Assembly (NCBI GenBank): GCA_963663165.1
Contig: OY760175.1
Span: 1,056,001-1,120,000 of the forward strand
DNA length: 64,000 bases
Reading direction: 5' to 3'
Source of the DNA: an uncultured Desulfospira sp.
GTDB lineage: Bacteria; Desulfobacterota; Desulfobacteria; Desulfobacterales; Desulfobacteraceae
Of this stretch, positions 20,318-29,918 are shown piece after piece. The notes beneath the pieces are model-generated. The model saw nothing but the letters and a program-made list of their open reading frames with translations. It was not told where the DNA came from and ran no database searches. Position 1 is the first letter of the stretch; each line of letters begins with the position of its first letter. The translations under genes were made by a program, and so were the position numbers.

Positions 20318-21010
20318 ATGACACAACACTTAGAAACAGACCCGTTTAAAGAATGTTTTGCCCCCATCGCTTATGTGGGAAAGATGGCTGCCGCCGCGAC
20401 CCATGAAATCAAAAACAACCTGGCGGTCATTAATGAAAGTGCCGGCCTTTTGTCCGATCTTTCGTTAATGGCCGACCAGGGGCATCCCCTGTCCCCGGAA
20501 AAGGTGAAGTCAGTGTCTGAAAAAATGGAGCGGCAGGTCAAGCGGGCCGACATGGTGATCCGAAGACTCAATCAGTTCTGCCACACCACGGACCAGCAGA
20601 CCCAGCCCATAGATATAGCCCAAACCGTTGGGTTTGTCGTTGAGATGGGAGACCGGATTTTCAAAGCTGCCGGGATGGTGGTTCAAATCATCCCGCCGCC
20701 CGCTTTGGTCCGGATAGACACCCATTTAATCTATTTTGAAACCCTGGTCTGGCAGATCATTGAAGCGATCATGACCCAGAAAGTCAAAAATCTTCTGGTG
20801 TCATTTGAAAATGATCCCGATGCGCCGGGCGTCTGGTTTTCCGGCAAGGCAGACGAGCCGGTTCAGGCCAATGAAATTTTCAGCCAGCTGAGGAATATCC
20901 CCCTGGCAGAAGGCTTAGGGGCATCCATTAAATTAAACGGCCCCCAAGACCGGATCGGGCTTGTATTTGAATCCAGTAATTTGATCGAACAAGGAGAACC
21001 CCATGTCTGA
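20318..21010 (+). CDS. HisKA-domain protein with a degenerate ATPase domain (possible phosphotransferase)
   Basis: H-box THEIKNNLAVI is present; N, G1, F and G2 boxes are not recognisable. Confidence 0.65.
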   Translation: MTQHLETDPFKECFAPIAYVGKMAAAATHEIKNNLAVINESAGLLSDLSLMADQGHPLSPEKVKSVSEKMERQVKRADMVIRRLNQFCHTTDQQTQPIDIAQTVGFVVEMGDRIFKAAGMVVQIIPPPALVRIDTHLIYFETLVWQIIEAIMTQKVKNLLVSFENDPDAPGVWFSGKADEPVQANEIFSQLRNIPLAEGLGASIKLNGPQDRIGLVFESSNLIEQGEPHV

Positions 21011-21362
21011 AAAAATTCTGCTGGTGGACGATGAGGAAGAATTCCTGGAAATCATGTCTGAACGGCTGGCCGCCAGGGGGATGGATGTAAGGACATCCAA
21101 CTTTCCGGATGAGGCGTTTCAACTCATTGAAACAGAAAACTTCGACGCCGTTGTCATGGACTTTCAAATGCCGGAAATGGACGGCATGGAGGCGCTCAAA
21201 GCCATTAAAGAAAAAAAACCGGCGCTTCAGATCATTCTGCTGACAGGGTATGCCACGGCTGAAAAAACGGATGAGGCCAAAAAGATGGGGGCATCAGACC
21301 TGCTTGAAAAACCGGCCGACATAGACCTATTAATACAGAGAATCAAAAACCGGGACGCCTGA
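21003..21362 (+). CDS. Single-domain response regulator
   Basis: LLVDDE, VMDFQMP, LTGY and EKP. Confidence 0.9.
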   Translation: MSEKILLVDDEEEFLEIMSERLAARGMDVRTSNFPDEAFQLIETENFDAVVMDFQMPEMDGMEALKAIKEKKPALQIILLTGYATAEKTDEAKKMGASDLLEKPADIDLLIQRIKNRDA

Positions 21363-21399
21363 AAAAAATCTGACGAAACCCCCGTGTTTGGACGAAAAG

Positions 21400-21453
21400 C
21401 TGCCCACCATTTCATGGATAACGGCGGCTACAAACAGTGTGCCCCCACCCTAC
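21400..21453. repeat. Degenerate REP-like element between convergent genes
   Basis: tgcccacc ... cccaccctac, the same family as 9111-9142. Confidence 0.45.
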
Positions 21454-21463
21454 AAGATTCCAG

Positions 21464-22417
21464 CTATGGAAGGCAAAAGGAGAAATCATAGCCGGTATTC
21501 TGGTCACACACCGAACAGGTAATTTTAACCACCAGCTGTTCACGCTTGATACCGGTTCTCTGCTCGAAGGAGACGGCCATGGGATTTGAGCAATGCTTGC
21601 AGAATCTGGGCAATACCAAAAACACGGGAATGGCATCTCGCCCCGGCCTTTCCCAGGGCAGGGTCTCTTTTCTGATCTCATAATCTGAAATCCCGGTATG
21701 TCGTAACTCTTCAAGGTAATTTCGAAACAATGAGATGGTGATTTCGGATTTTTTTTGGGCCAGTTCCCGGCCGGCCCGTGTGAACATATGGGATTCCAGA
21801 GATGCGGCATAAGTCAGTTCTTTGGTCAAGGTCTTCAGAATGCTGTTCCGGACCACCATCCCCCTGAGGGCCGATCTTTCAAAAAAATTGGCAAACCCCA
21901 TGTAGCCGACCTTGACCAGATAATCGGCATCGCTGACGATACGGGTATGAATGTTACCCTCCAAATGGTCATTGTAAAGGGCCAGAAGGCTTTGTTCGAC
22001 CTTTTGGATTTCTGGTTCCGGAAAATCAACCTGACTTAAGAGTTTTCTGGCGGTTTCAGCCCCAATTTCCTCTTCGGGCTTTACCCCTTCATGGTATTTC
22101 CCGTTCTGGAACTTTCCGCAGTCATGGAACAGTGCCGTGATTACGGGAATCAGGGGATCAAGGTCCTCTTTGCAGGCAATAAGCATGGCCATGGACGCCA
22201 CATGAACCGTGTGCTGCCATAAAAAGCTCTCTTTTCGGGAGCCCGCGCAGTACCGGATTTCCGATGTCTCGATAATCTCTTTTATAAGGGGCAGTATCCC
22301 CGGGCAGTGCCGGTGCAGCAGCACCTTTATATTGCGCTGTTCACCGGCATTGGCAGTCTGGCCTTCTGAAAAAAGCGTTGTTTCCAACGGTCCTATCGGT
22401 TCTGTTCTGGTCTGCAT
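21464..22417 (-). CDS. HD-domain phosphohydrolase with a C-terminal CxxC...CxxC region
   Basis: WQHT...ALFHDCGK...SDADYL; C-terminal CKHC and CSVC. Confidence 0.8.
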   Translation of the reverse strand: MQTRTEPIGPLETTLFSEGQTANAGEQRNIKVLLHRHCPGILPLIKEIIETSEIRYCAGSRKESFLWQHTVHVASMAMLIACKEDLDPLIPVITALFHDCGKFQNGKYHEGVKPEEEIGAETARKLLSQVDFPEPEIQKVEQSLLALYNDHLEGNIHTRIVSDADYLVKVGYMGFANFFERSALRGMVVRNSILKTLTKELTYAASLESHMFTRAGRELAQKKSEITISLFRNYLEELRHTGISDYEIRKETLPWERPGRDAIPVFLVLPRFCKHCSNPMAVSFEQRTGIKREQLVVKITCSVCDQNTGYDFSFCLP

Positions 22418-22446
22418 CAGGAATTTCCCTATCAGGGCAGGATACC

Positions 22447-22797
22447 TTAATGACCCGGGATAATTTTGGATTTCGGGCTGCCAGCGGATTTGTTCTTCAT
22501 CTGTTTGACCTGTTCCACCAAGGCGGCCAACGCCTTTTCCATGGCGGCGGGAAAGGCGTCCATGGCCTCATCTAATGAATTGGCGGACAGCATGGAACGG
22601 ACCGGGATCGGGCCTTCAGGAGAAATCATCTGGGTTTCACCAAAATACCGTTTGGAACGGGAGTCATCGTCAGTACCGTCGGGGTGAATGGGACAAAGCA
22701 CCTTTAACGTGGCAATCTTGAAATCCGTATAAGTTTCTTCACGGTACAGATTGGCCTTGTCCACACTAAAATCATCATGTTTAATTTCGTCAGTCAT
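22447..22797 (-). CDS. Conserved hypothetical cytoplasmic protein
   Basis: Clean 116-aa ORF with a GGGAG RBS; contains NLYREE.YTD and GPIPV. Confidence 0.7.
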   Translation of the reverse strand: MTDEIKHDDFSVDKANLYREETYTDFKIATLKVLCPIHPDGTDDDSRSKRYFGETQMISPEGPIPVRSMLSANSLDEAMDAFPAAMEKALAALVEQVKQMKNKSAGSPKSKIIPGH

Positions 22798-22895
22798 CTT
22801 AATCTCCCGTCTGTTTAAAAGTTAATGGGTTATTGTATTTTTAGAGGGGGTTTTACAGCAAGATACGCCATAGTTCAAGTAGATAGACTTAAATA

Positions 22896-22965
22896 CTGAA
22901 GGATTTTACCAGGCAAACAAAACCTGATCAAATCCTTCAGCCTAAATCCCTTCAGCCTTAGCCCC
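22896..22965. repeat. CTGAAGG / CCTTCAGCCT inverted short-repeat cassette
   Basis: ctgaaggatttt...aaatccttcagcctaaatcccttcagcctt; related copies at ~36598-36678 and ~53065-53134. Confidence 0.6.
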
Positions 22966-22968
22966 TAC

Positions 22969-24270
22969 TTATACATTCATCAGGTTGGGCAGGAAAAGAA
23001 TAATCTGAGGAAATATAATCATCAGAATGATCTGGCACAAATCCGCGATCAAAAAGGGGATAACCCCTTTAAATACCGTTTCCATGGGAACATTGGTAAT
23101 GCCCTTAATAATAAAGACGTTCAGGCCTACCGGCGGCGTGATCAATCCCATTTCCGTTACCCGGACCATGAGAATGCCAAACCAGATCGGGTTAAACCCA
23201 AGCTCAATGATCAGGGGATAAAATACCGGTACCGTCAACAGCACAATGGCCAGAGAGTCCATCAGGCATCCCATGATCAGCACCACTAAAAGGACCATCA
23301 CAATAATGACATACCGGTTAACCGGAAGTCCTGATACAAAGGATGACAGTTCAAATGGCAGCCGGGTAATGGAGAAAAAATACCCCAGGATCATGGCCCC
23401 AAGCACAATAATAAACAGCATGCCCGAGGTCTGCATGGTGTCGGCAAGGCTGCCGGTAAATTTCTTCCAGGTCATCTTTTTGCGGAACAAGGCAAATAAA
23501 AAGGTACAGAATGCACCGATGCCGGCAGCTTCCGTGGGGGTGAAAATTCCCAAATAAATCCCGCCGATAACCAGGCAGAACAAGAGGATAACTTCCCAGG
23601 TTTTAAGGATGGAAAGCATCTTTGTCCCCAGGGTGGTGCGGGGTCCGGGAGGGCCTAATTCCGGTCTAAAACGGGTTAAAATGATAATGGTGATGATATA
23701 GAACAATGCCTCAAGAATCCCCGGAACAAAGCCCGCCAGAAACAGTTCGGCAATGGATTGTTCCGTCAGGATCCCGTAAATGATCAGAATTACGGAAGGG
23801 GGAATCAGAATGCCGATACTGCCGCCGGCGGCAATGGAGCCGGTGGCCAGGGCTTTATCATATTTGTACTTAAGCATTTCCGGCATGGCCACACGGCCAA
23901 GGGTCGCGGCTGTGGCAAGGCTCGAGCCGCTGATGGCGGCAAAACAGGCACAGGCCGCCACCGTTGCCATGGCCATCCCGCCCCGCAGGCTGCCGAATAA
24001 TTTATGCACGGCCCGGTAAAGGTCCTCGCTCATGCCGGCGGCAAAAGCAAAAGAGCCCATGAGAATAAATAAAGGGATAACGCTCATTCCCTGGCTGGCA
24101 AATGTGGTATAGGGAACCGTCTGCAACACCCCTAAGGCCACATCGGTGCTGGTAATCCAGGCAAACCCAATGAACCCCACAAGCCCCATGCATATACCGA
24201 TCTGCATGCGGCATAATATCAACACAATCAGAATACAGATACCAATCACACCAACAGTTACCGGGCTCAT
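22969..24270 (-). CDS. dctM: TRAP transporter large permease
   Basis: IPLFILMG, FAAISGSS, GILIPPS, FTPTEAA and GLITPPVG. Confidence 0.93.
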   Translation of the reverse strand: MSPVTVGVIGICILIVLILCRMQIGICMGLVGFIGFAWITSTDVALGVLQTVPYTTFASQGMSVIPLFILMGSFAFAAGMSEDLYRAVHKLFGSLRGGMAMATVAACACFAAISGSSLATAATLGRVAMPEMLKYKYDKALATGSIAAGGSIGILIPPSVILIIYGILTEQSIAELFLAGFVPGILEALFYIITIIILTRFRPELGPPGPRTTLGTKMLSILKTWEVILLFCLVIGGIYLGIFTPTEAAGIGAFCTFLFALFRKKMTWKKFTGSLADTMQTSGMLFIIVLGAMILGYFFSITRLPFELSSFVSGLPVNRYVIIVMVLLVVLIMGCLMDSLAIVLLTVPVFYPLIIELGFNPIWFGILMVRVTEMGLITPPVGLNVFIIKGITNVPMETVFKGVIPFLIADLCQIILMIIFPQIILFLPNLMNV

Positions 24271-24791
24271 TACTCCACCTTCCTTTCCGTGAACCCGCCC
24301 ATGAGTTCATAAACCAGAATCAGCGTAAACATCCCCATGCCCAGGGCAACCGGAATGATAAACGGATATGTAACAATCAGCAGCACCGAAGATGTGAGTT
24401 TGGACGCATAGGTTTCCGCCACATAAAGACAGGTCTGCCAGGTGATCAACCCTGCAAATATAATGGTGAGCACATTAATGGGAAGCATAACGGCTTTTTT
24501 AAATTTTGCAGGGAATTTGTCCATAATAAATTCTACGGCTACATGGGACTGGGTGTAAGCGCAATAGGCCACACTGAACGGGATCAGTATGGCCATCATG
24601 TACTCCACAAGTTCTAGGGCTCCGGCAATGGGGTCGTTAAACACATAACGGCAGGCCACGTCAGCGGCGGTCAGAAACATCATTGATGCCAGAACCAGGG
24701 ACCCGATCCATTTTAAAACTGTCATAACGGCCGTGATGGGTTTTCCCAGTATGGTTTCTCTTGTCAGCATTTTAACTATCCTCTCAATCAA
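24270..24791 (-). CDS. dctQ: TRAP transporter small permease
   Basis: Four TM segments with DVACRY..N.PI.GA.EL and HVAVE; start uncertain (24791 TTG or 24770 ATG). Confidence 0.88.
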   Translation of the reverse strand: MIERIVKMLTRETILGKPITAVMTVLKWIGSLVLASMMFLTAADVACRYVFNDPIAGALELVEYMMAILIPFSVAYCAYTQSHVAVEFIMDKFPAKFKKAVMLPINVLTIIFAGLITWQTCLYVAETYASKLTSSVLLIVTYPFIIPVALGMGMFTLILVYELMGGFTERKVE

Positions 24792-24972
24792 GAACCTTTG
24801 AGGTGTTTTTCAAGCGTAAACACGATCGTTAAAGGCCAGGGCAAGGCATTTGGAATCAGACCAAATTTTTTTACCGGAATCTTAAATTTCATATAGTTAA
24901 CAACCGTTTTAAGATCCCTGCAGCAGCACCATGAAACGTTAAATGCCATACCCTGGCTTAAGGGCTAAGGGC

Positions 24973-26001
24973 CTATTTCCCCCCGTTCAGGACAAAGTCA
25001 AAAATCTGCTGGGCATTGCCATGGCCTTCTTTTTCCATCTTTTTGACCCAGGCAGCCCATACGGGTTTGCCGCCGACTTCAATCCAGCGGTCATATTCTT
25101 TGTCGTCCAGGGTAAAGATATTGTCCCCATTTCCCTGGGCTTTAACTTTTTCTACACCCGTGGTTTTCATGGTGTCGAAAAAATTCTTGCCCCAGAATTT
25201 GGATCCATATTCTCCGGATACGCTTTCGATATTATCCTGAACATCCTTTGGCAGCTTTTCCCATACCTTTTTGTTCATGGCGATTGAAAAGTATACTGCC
25301 GGAAAAGGAACTTCCGTATAATACTTTGCGACCTCATAAAACCGCCAGACCACAATACCTTCCCAGGGAGCGCCCATGCCGTCAATAACGCCCTTCTGCA
25401 TGGACAGATAGTTATCGGGCATAGGAATATTCATGGGGGTTCCGCCAATGGCCGTCATCATATCGGTTGGTGGTCCACCGGTCATCCTGACTTTCATGCC
25501 TTTGATGTCTTCCATGACTTTCACCGGTTTATCAACGGTGATCAGGGTGTACGGCGCACTGGTGTAAAACAGCAGTATTTTCAGGTCTTTGTACTCGGCC
25601 TGAATTTCCGGAAATTTTTCATACACTTTCCAGAGAAGGGCGCTTCCTTCTTCTGCGGTTTTAAAGGGCATCCCCGGCAGGCTGATAACGTCGGATAAAG
25701 GGGTCATGCCGGGCCAGTAACCGTGAAAGCACCACCCGATATCGGTAATGCCCATCTTTGTGGCATTCCACATGTCTTTTCCCTTGCAAAGGGTCTGTCC
25801 ATAAAACCGTTGAATTTTAACCTTCCCGCCAGTGGCTTCTTCCACTTGGTTCAGCCAGGGTTCGATACAGTTCGCCGAACTTAACCCTGTTTCAGGGTTC
25901 TGATGGGAGAACCTGAGCGTGATGGGTTTGGCAAAACTAAGTGCTGCCGTGCCTACAATAAAGGCAACACCAAGAGCCACAATAAGAAATTGTTTCTTCA
26001 T
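24973..26001 (-). CDS. dctP: TRAP transporter substrate-binding protein
   Basis: Signal peptide, DIKGMKVR, Y.SMQKGVIDG and MNKKVWEKLP. Confidence 0.92.
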   Translation of the reverse strand: MKKQFLIVALGVAFIVGTAALSFAKPITLRFSHQNPETGLSSANCIEPWLNQVEEATGGKVKIQRFYGQTLCKGKDMWNATKMGITDIGWCFHGYWPGMTPLSDVISLPGMPFKTAEEGSALLWKVYEKFPEIQAEYKDLKILLFYTSAPYTLITVDKPVKVMEDIKGMKVRMTGGPPTDMMTAIGGTPMNIPMPDNYLSMQKGVIDGMGAPWEGIVVWRFYEVAKYYTEVPFPAVYFSIAMNKKVWEKLPKDVQDNIESVSGEYGSKFWGKNFFDTMKTTGVEKVKAQGNGDNIFTLDDKEYDRWIEVGGKPVWAAWVKKMEKEGHGNAQQIFDFVLNGGK

Positions 26002-26136
26002 GCGTCTTTCCTTAATTATTTAAAGGGTTTGTCAAACATCGACCGAAAAATATGAGGTCATCCGGCGCCCCCAAAAGGAACTATTTCCTTTGAGGGCCCG
26101 GATGGTACTGCCCTTTTCCACGTTGGTCCCGCTGTT

Positions 26137-26314
26137 TTATATGAAAGACTCAGCAACCTTTTGAGTTCTTTCAATATTTGTTGTGGGCGGTTCTTGGTTG
26201 GATAACCAAGGCGGCCCGTGGCCGTTATATGAAAGTCTCACTAACATCCTGATAAGACTTTCATTATTCCTTGTGGGCGGTTCTTGGTTGGATAACCAAG
26301 ACGGCCCGTGGCCG
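26137..26314. repeat. Two tandem ~89-bp structured repeat units (26137-26224, 26225-26314)
   Basis: Each unit is ttatat-TGAAAG..hairpin..CTTTCA followed by ttgtgggcggttcttggttggataaccaagRcggcccgtggccg; a third copy is inverted at 8875-8969. Confidence 0.9.
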
Positions 26315-27496
26315 TTAGACGGAAAGAATGGTGGTGCCGCTGTTGCCCATGAGGCCGTAGGTCTGGGCCATGGCAACTTTGGGATTGGTGACCTGCCGCT
26401 CCCCGCATCTTCCCCGAAGCTGGTTGGCACATTCAATGACCTGCCAGAGGGCCTGGGCAGACAATGCTTCCCCATGGGAAGAAAAACCGCCGCTGGGGTT
26501 TACGGAGACTTTGGCGTCGATCTTGGTCTCGCCGTCCCGCAGCATTTTATCGGCTTCCCCGTCTTTACAGAAACCACAGGTTTCAAGGTAAACCAGGTAA
26601 TGCCAGGAGCTGTTGTCCGGAAGTTCGAGTACGTCAACGTCTTCGGGTCCGATCCCGGCCTTTTCATAGGCCTGCTGGGAGGCAGAGTAACTTTCACTGA
26701 GCATGGGGGCTTCGGGGGTGGACGGACAGGAGAGTGCGGAAATACGGATGGTGGGATCGCCAAAGATGGAACTGCCCATGGTGGTGGCGTTCACCTTGAC
26801 CGGATGGTCAGCCTTTTCGATCAGTTCCTTGTCGGCGGTGACAATAACCGCTGCCGCACCGGTGCTCACCGGACAAATTTCAAACAGCCGCAGGGGGTCA
26901 CACACATAAACCGAATTCAGGACATCTTCCATGGTATAGACTTTTTTGAAGCGGGCATCGGGGTTCTTGGACCCGTACTCGCTCATGAGTACTTTGACCC
27001 TTGCCAGATCCTCTTCCGTGGTATCGTAGGTTTCCATTCTTTTGCGGCATTCCAGTGCCCAGTAAATGGGATTGGGCATCCCGCCCATTTTCCACCGGAT
27101 AACGTCTCTGTCCTGCACGGCATTGTCTGATTTGGCTGTCAAAAACCCCTTGGGGGAAACATCAGCCCCAAAGGCCAGGGCCGTATCGGTTTCACCGGCG
27201 GCCACGCTGTTATAGGCCATTCTCATGGAAGCAGACCCTGTGGCACAGGCATTGTAGACGTTAACGACCGGCACGCCGGTCTCACCAAAAACACTTTCAA
27301 GGTACTGGCCGGACAGATGGCCGGCATTGCCTCCGTAAATAAAGATACCGGCCATAATGGCCTGAATTCTTTTCCATCCAATGTTGGCGTCTTTTAAGGC
27401 AGCGTCAACAGCCGTGGTGGCAAAATCGGCAAAAACCTGTTCGGAAAACCCCATCCACGGGTGAATTCCGGTTCCAATGATATATACATCTCTCAT
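26315..27496 (-). CDS. SCP2-type (lipid-transfer-protein-like) thiolase family protein with non-canonical C-terminal catalytic motifs
   Basis: VYNACATG (catalytic Cys) and VNPSGG are present; ELPDNS replaces ELHDCF and HGEALSA replaces GHPLGA. Confidence 0.85.
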   Translation of the reverse strand: MRDVYIIGTGIHPWMGFSEQVFADFATTAVDAALKDANIGWKRIQAIMAGIFIYGGNAGHLSGQYLESVFGETGVPVVNVYNACATGSASMRMAYNSVAAGETDTALAFGADVSPKGFLTAKSDNAVQDRDVIRWKMGGMPNPIYWALECRKRMETYDTTEEDLARVKVLMSEYGSKNPDARFKKVYTMEDVLNSVYVCDPLRLFEICPVSTGAAAVIVTADKELIEKADHPVKVNATTMGSSIFGDPTIRISALSCPSTPEAPMLSESYSASQQAYEKAGIGPEDVDVLELPDNSSWHYLVYLETCGFCKDGEADKMLRDGETKIDAKVSVNPSGGFSSHGEALSAQALWQVIECANQLRGRCGERQVTNPKVAMAQTYGLMGNSGTTILSV

Positions 27497-27520
27497 GATT
27501 ATTTATCCCTTATATATGGT

Positions 27521-27955
27521 TTATTTAACGGCTTTAAATGCCCAGGTCACTACCTGCTGTTTCTCATCATTGGTAAACAGGTCCAGGAGTGTGGTTTCCA
27601 TTTCCATCCCGACTTTAAGGGATTTAATATCTGTATCTGTGATAATGCCGGCCACCTGGATGTTCTGGTCTTTAAAATCAACCAGGCCGATGCCGTAGGG
27701 GGTAATCTTCTTTTCGGTTTTAAACGGTGCCGGACACGGATAGTACTGAATGGTATAGCTGGCCAGCACCCCTTTATTGGGAAGCAAAACCTCTTCTACC
27801 CCCTCTCTTGAGCATTCGGGACGGTGCTGATAGTGTTCCTTGGGGAAAAAGTAAACACCGCAGCTATTGCATTTTGCACTCATCAATCTGACTTCACCCG
27901 TGGACCAATCCACCAGATTGGGGATACGGGCGACTTTATTTGCCAAGTTTTCCAT
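27521..27955 (-). CDS. DUF35 Zn-ribbon/OB-fold protein (thiolase partner)
   Basis: CNSCG..FFP, G.LASYT, PYGIGLVD and LKVGMEM; adjacent to the thiolase. Confidence 0.88.
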   Translation of the reverse strand: MENLANKVARIPNLVDWSTGEVRLMSAKCNSCGVYFFPKEHYQHRPECSREGVEEVLLPNKGVLASYTIQYYPCPAPFKTEKKITPYGIGLVDFKDQNIQVAGIITDTDIKSLKVGMEMETTLLDLFTNDEKQQVVTWAFKAVK

Positions 27956-28047
27956 TGTTTATTTCCTTGTTCAACTTATGGTGTTGTTCTAAATGGTTTA
28001 GTAAATAACGTTTCCTTAACCTGTTGCCGTCTAATCACGGTAAGCCG

Positions 28048-28815
28048 TTACCGGCCCACAAATTTGGGCGCTCTTTTTTCAAGGTATGCATCCACCCCTT
28101 CTTTTTTGTCTTCAAGGGACAAGGACAGGGCATACATTTCATACTCATAGGCAAGGCCGTCTCTAAGGCCGGTGTTCATGCCCTTGTTAATGGACTGTTT
28201 TGCCAGCCTCAATGCGGCCGCGCTTTTTGAGGCAATCTTTGCGGCAACCTCTTTGGCTGTGGGCATGAGTTCATCCATTCCCACAACCCGGTTCACCAGC
28301 CCGATCCGGTATGCCTCATCCACCCGGATGATATCCCCGGTAAAAATCAGTTCCTTTGCCCTGAATGCACCGACGTGCCGCTGAAGCCGCTGGGTTCCGC
28401 CGCCGCCGGGGATGATGCCCAGGTTGATTTCCGGCTGGCCGAACTTGGCTTTTTCAGAGGCGATGATCATGTCACAGGCCATGGCGACTTCGCAGCCGCC
28501 GCCTAAGCAGAAACCGTTGACCGCCGCAATAACCGGCTTGGGCAGGGCTTCCACAATATCACCGACCCGGACAATATTATGGGCGGCAAAGGGCGTGGTG
28601 GCATGGAACTGTTTGATGTCTGAACCGGCCACAAAGGCTTTGCCGGCGCCTGTCAAAATCAAAACCTTTATATTGTCGTCTTCTTCAACATCTTTGGCAG
28701 CCTGAGCAAATTCAGCCCGCAGTGCAATGTTGAGGGCATTCATGGCCTCAGGACGGTTAAAGGTGATAATGGCAATATTGTCTTCTTTTTCTAAAATGAT
28801 GTTTTCATACGCCAT
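28048..28815 (-). CDS. Enoyl-CoA hydratase/crotonase
   Basis: NRPEAMNAL, AFVAGSD, GGGCE and FGQPE (both catalytic Glu), PGGGGTQRL; start MAYEN at 28815. Confidence 0.92.
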   Translation of the reverse strand: MAYENIILEKEDNIAIITFNRPEAMNALNIALRAEFAQAAKDVEEDDNIKVLILTGAGKAFVAGSDIKQFHATTPFAAHNIVRVGDIVEALPKPVIAAVNGFCLGGGCEVAMACDMIIASEKAKFGQPEINLGIIPGGGGTQRLQRHVGAFRAKELIFTGDIIRVDEAYRIGLVNRVVGMDELMPTAKEVAAKIASKSAAALRLAKQSINKGMNTGLRDGLAYEYEMYALSLSLEDKKEGVDAYLEKRAPKFVGR

Positions 28816-29115
28816 GGGTTTATTCTCCCTGTTTGTTATGAAAGTCCGCAGGTTTGCAACATGAACACTGTTAATATGCAGTTGCTTAATCTGTGTGTCT
28901 TTCAAAATTTGCCGTATCTTTGAGACACGGCTGATTTATGAAAGTGATCAGTATTAAAAAATAATCATCTATATATAATCGGGCCGACCGGAATGATTAT
29001 AATTTTCCGTAATGCCGGCCCGCTTCACTTCACTGGATCTGGATCAGGCTTTTTGCACCAATAGAATAATCCGGCCACCAGATCCTGATAGACCAGGACT
29101 GCCGTCTATTCCCCT

Positions 29116-29883
29116 TTACTGGGCGGTCAGGCCGCCGTCCACATAGATGGTCTGTCCGGAAACAAATCCGGCGGCTTGAGATGCCAGGTACACACAGGCA
29201 CCGGCCAGGTCTTCGGGAAGTCCAATCCGTCCCATGGGGACAGCGGCAGCGTACTTTTTGGCCAGTTCCGGATTTTCAGCAATATGTTTGGTGCCCGGGG
29301 TGATGATCAGGGCCGGCCCGATGGCGTTGACCCGGATGCCCAGGGGAGCCCATTCCAGGGCCAGGGCTTTGGTGATCAGTTCTACGGCCCCTTTGGTGGC
29401 ACAGTAACCGGAATTTCCACCGGTATACCCGCGGATGCCGCGTACGGAGGAAAGGTTGATGATAGATCCTTGTTTTTGTTCTTTCATTACCTGACCCACG
29501 GCCTTGCAGGCAATCATGGTTCCCTTGACGTTGACGTTGAACAGTTTGTCCCAGTCTTCCACCGGGTATTCAAAGGCATCGTGCTTGATGTTCATGCCCA
29601 TGGCGTTCACCAGAATGTCGATTCTGCCGTATTTTTCTTTCACCTGGCTGACCAGGGCGGCCATGCTTTCTTCACTGGTAACATCACAGGTAATGGCAAT
29701 GGCTTTATTGCCCGATTCACGGGTGATCTTCTCCGCCACCGCATCAATGGCACTCTGATTACGGCTGGATACCACAACTGTTGCCCCATGGATGCCAAGC
29801 CCTAATGCAAGGGCTTCCCCAATACCGCCGGCGCCGCCGGTGACAATGGCAATTTTTCCGTCTAATTTAAAAAAATCTTTCAT
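29116..29883 (-). CDS. Short-chain dehydrogenase/reductase (candidate polyhydroxybenzene reductase)
   Basis: TGGAGGIG, SS, YCATK and VDGG; Arg after the second beta strand (SSRN) suggests NADP(H) preference. Confidence 0.88.
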   Translation of the reverse strand: MKDFFKLDGKIAIVTGGAGGIGEALALGLGIHGATVVVSSRNQSAIDAVAEKITRESGNKAIAITCDVTSEESMAALVSQVKEKYGRIDILVNAMGMNIKHDAFEYPVEDWDKLFNVNVKGTMIACKAVGQVMKEQKQGSIINLSSVRGIRGYTGGNSGYCATKGAVELITKALALEWAPLGIRVNAIGPALIITPGTKHIAENPELAKKYAAAVPMGRIGLPEDLAGACVYLASQAAGFVSGQTIYVDGGLTAQ

Positions 29884-29918
29884 CGTATAGTACCTTTCGT
29901 TTTGCCGAATTGACCCGC

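Noticed and set aside
26137..26314. Mini CRISPR array
   Set aside because: There are only two units, the 'spacers' are related to each other and palindromic, a dispersed copy exists at 8.9 kb, and no cas genes are in the window.
26183..27130. 315-aa plus-strand ORF with a repeated GGSWLDNQ peptide
   Set aside because: It is an antisense shadow of the thiolase; the peptide repeat merely translates the DNA repeat.
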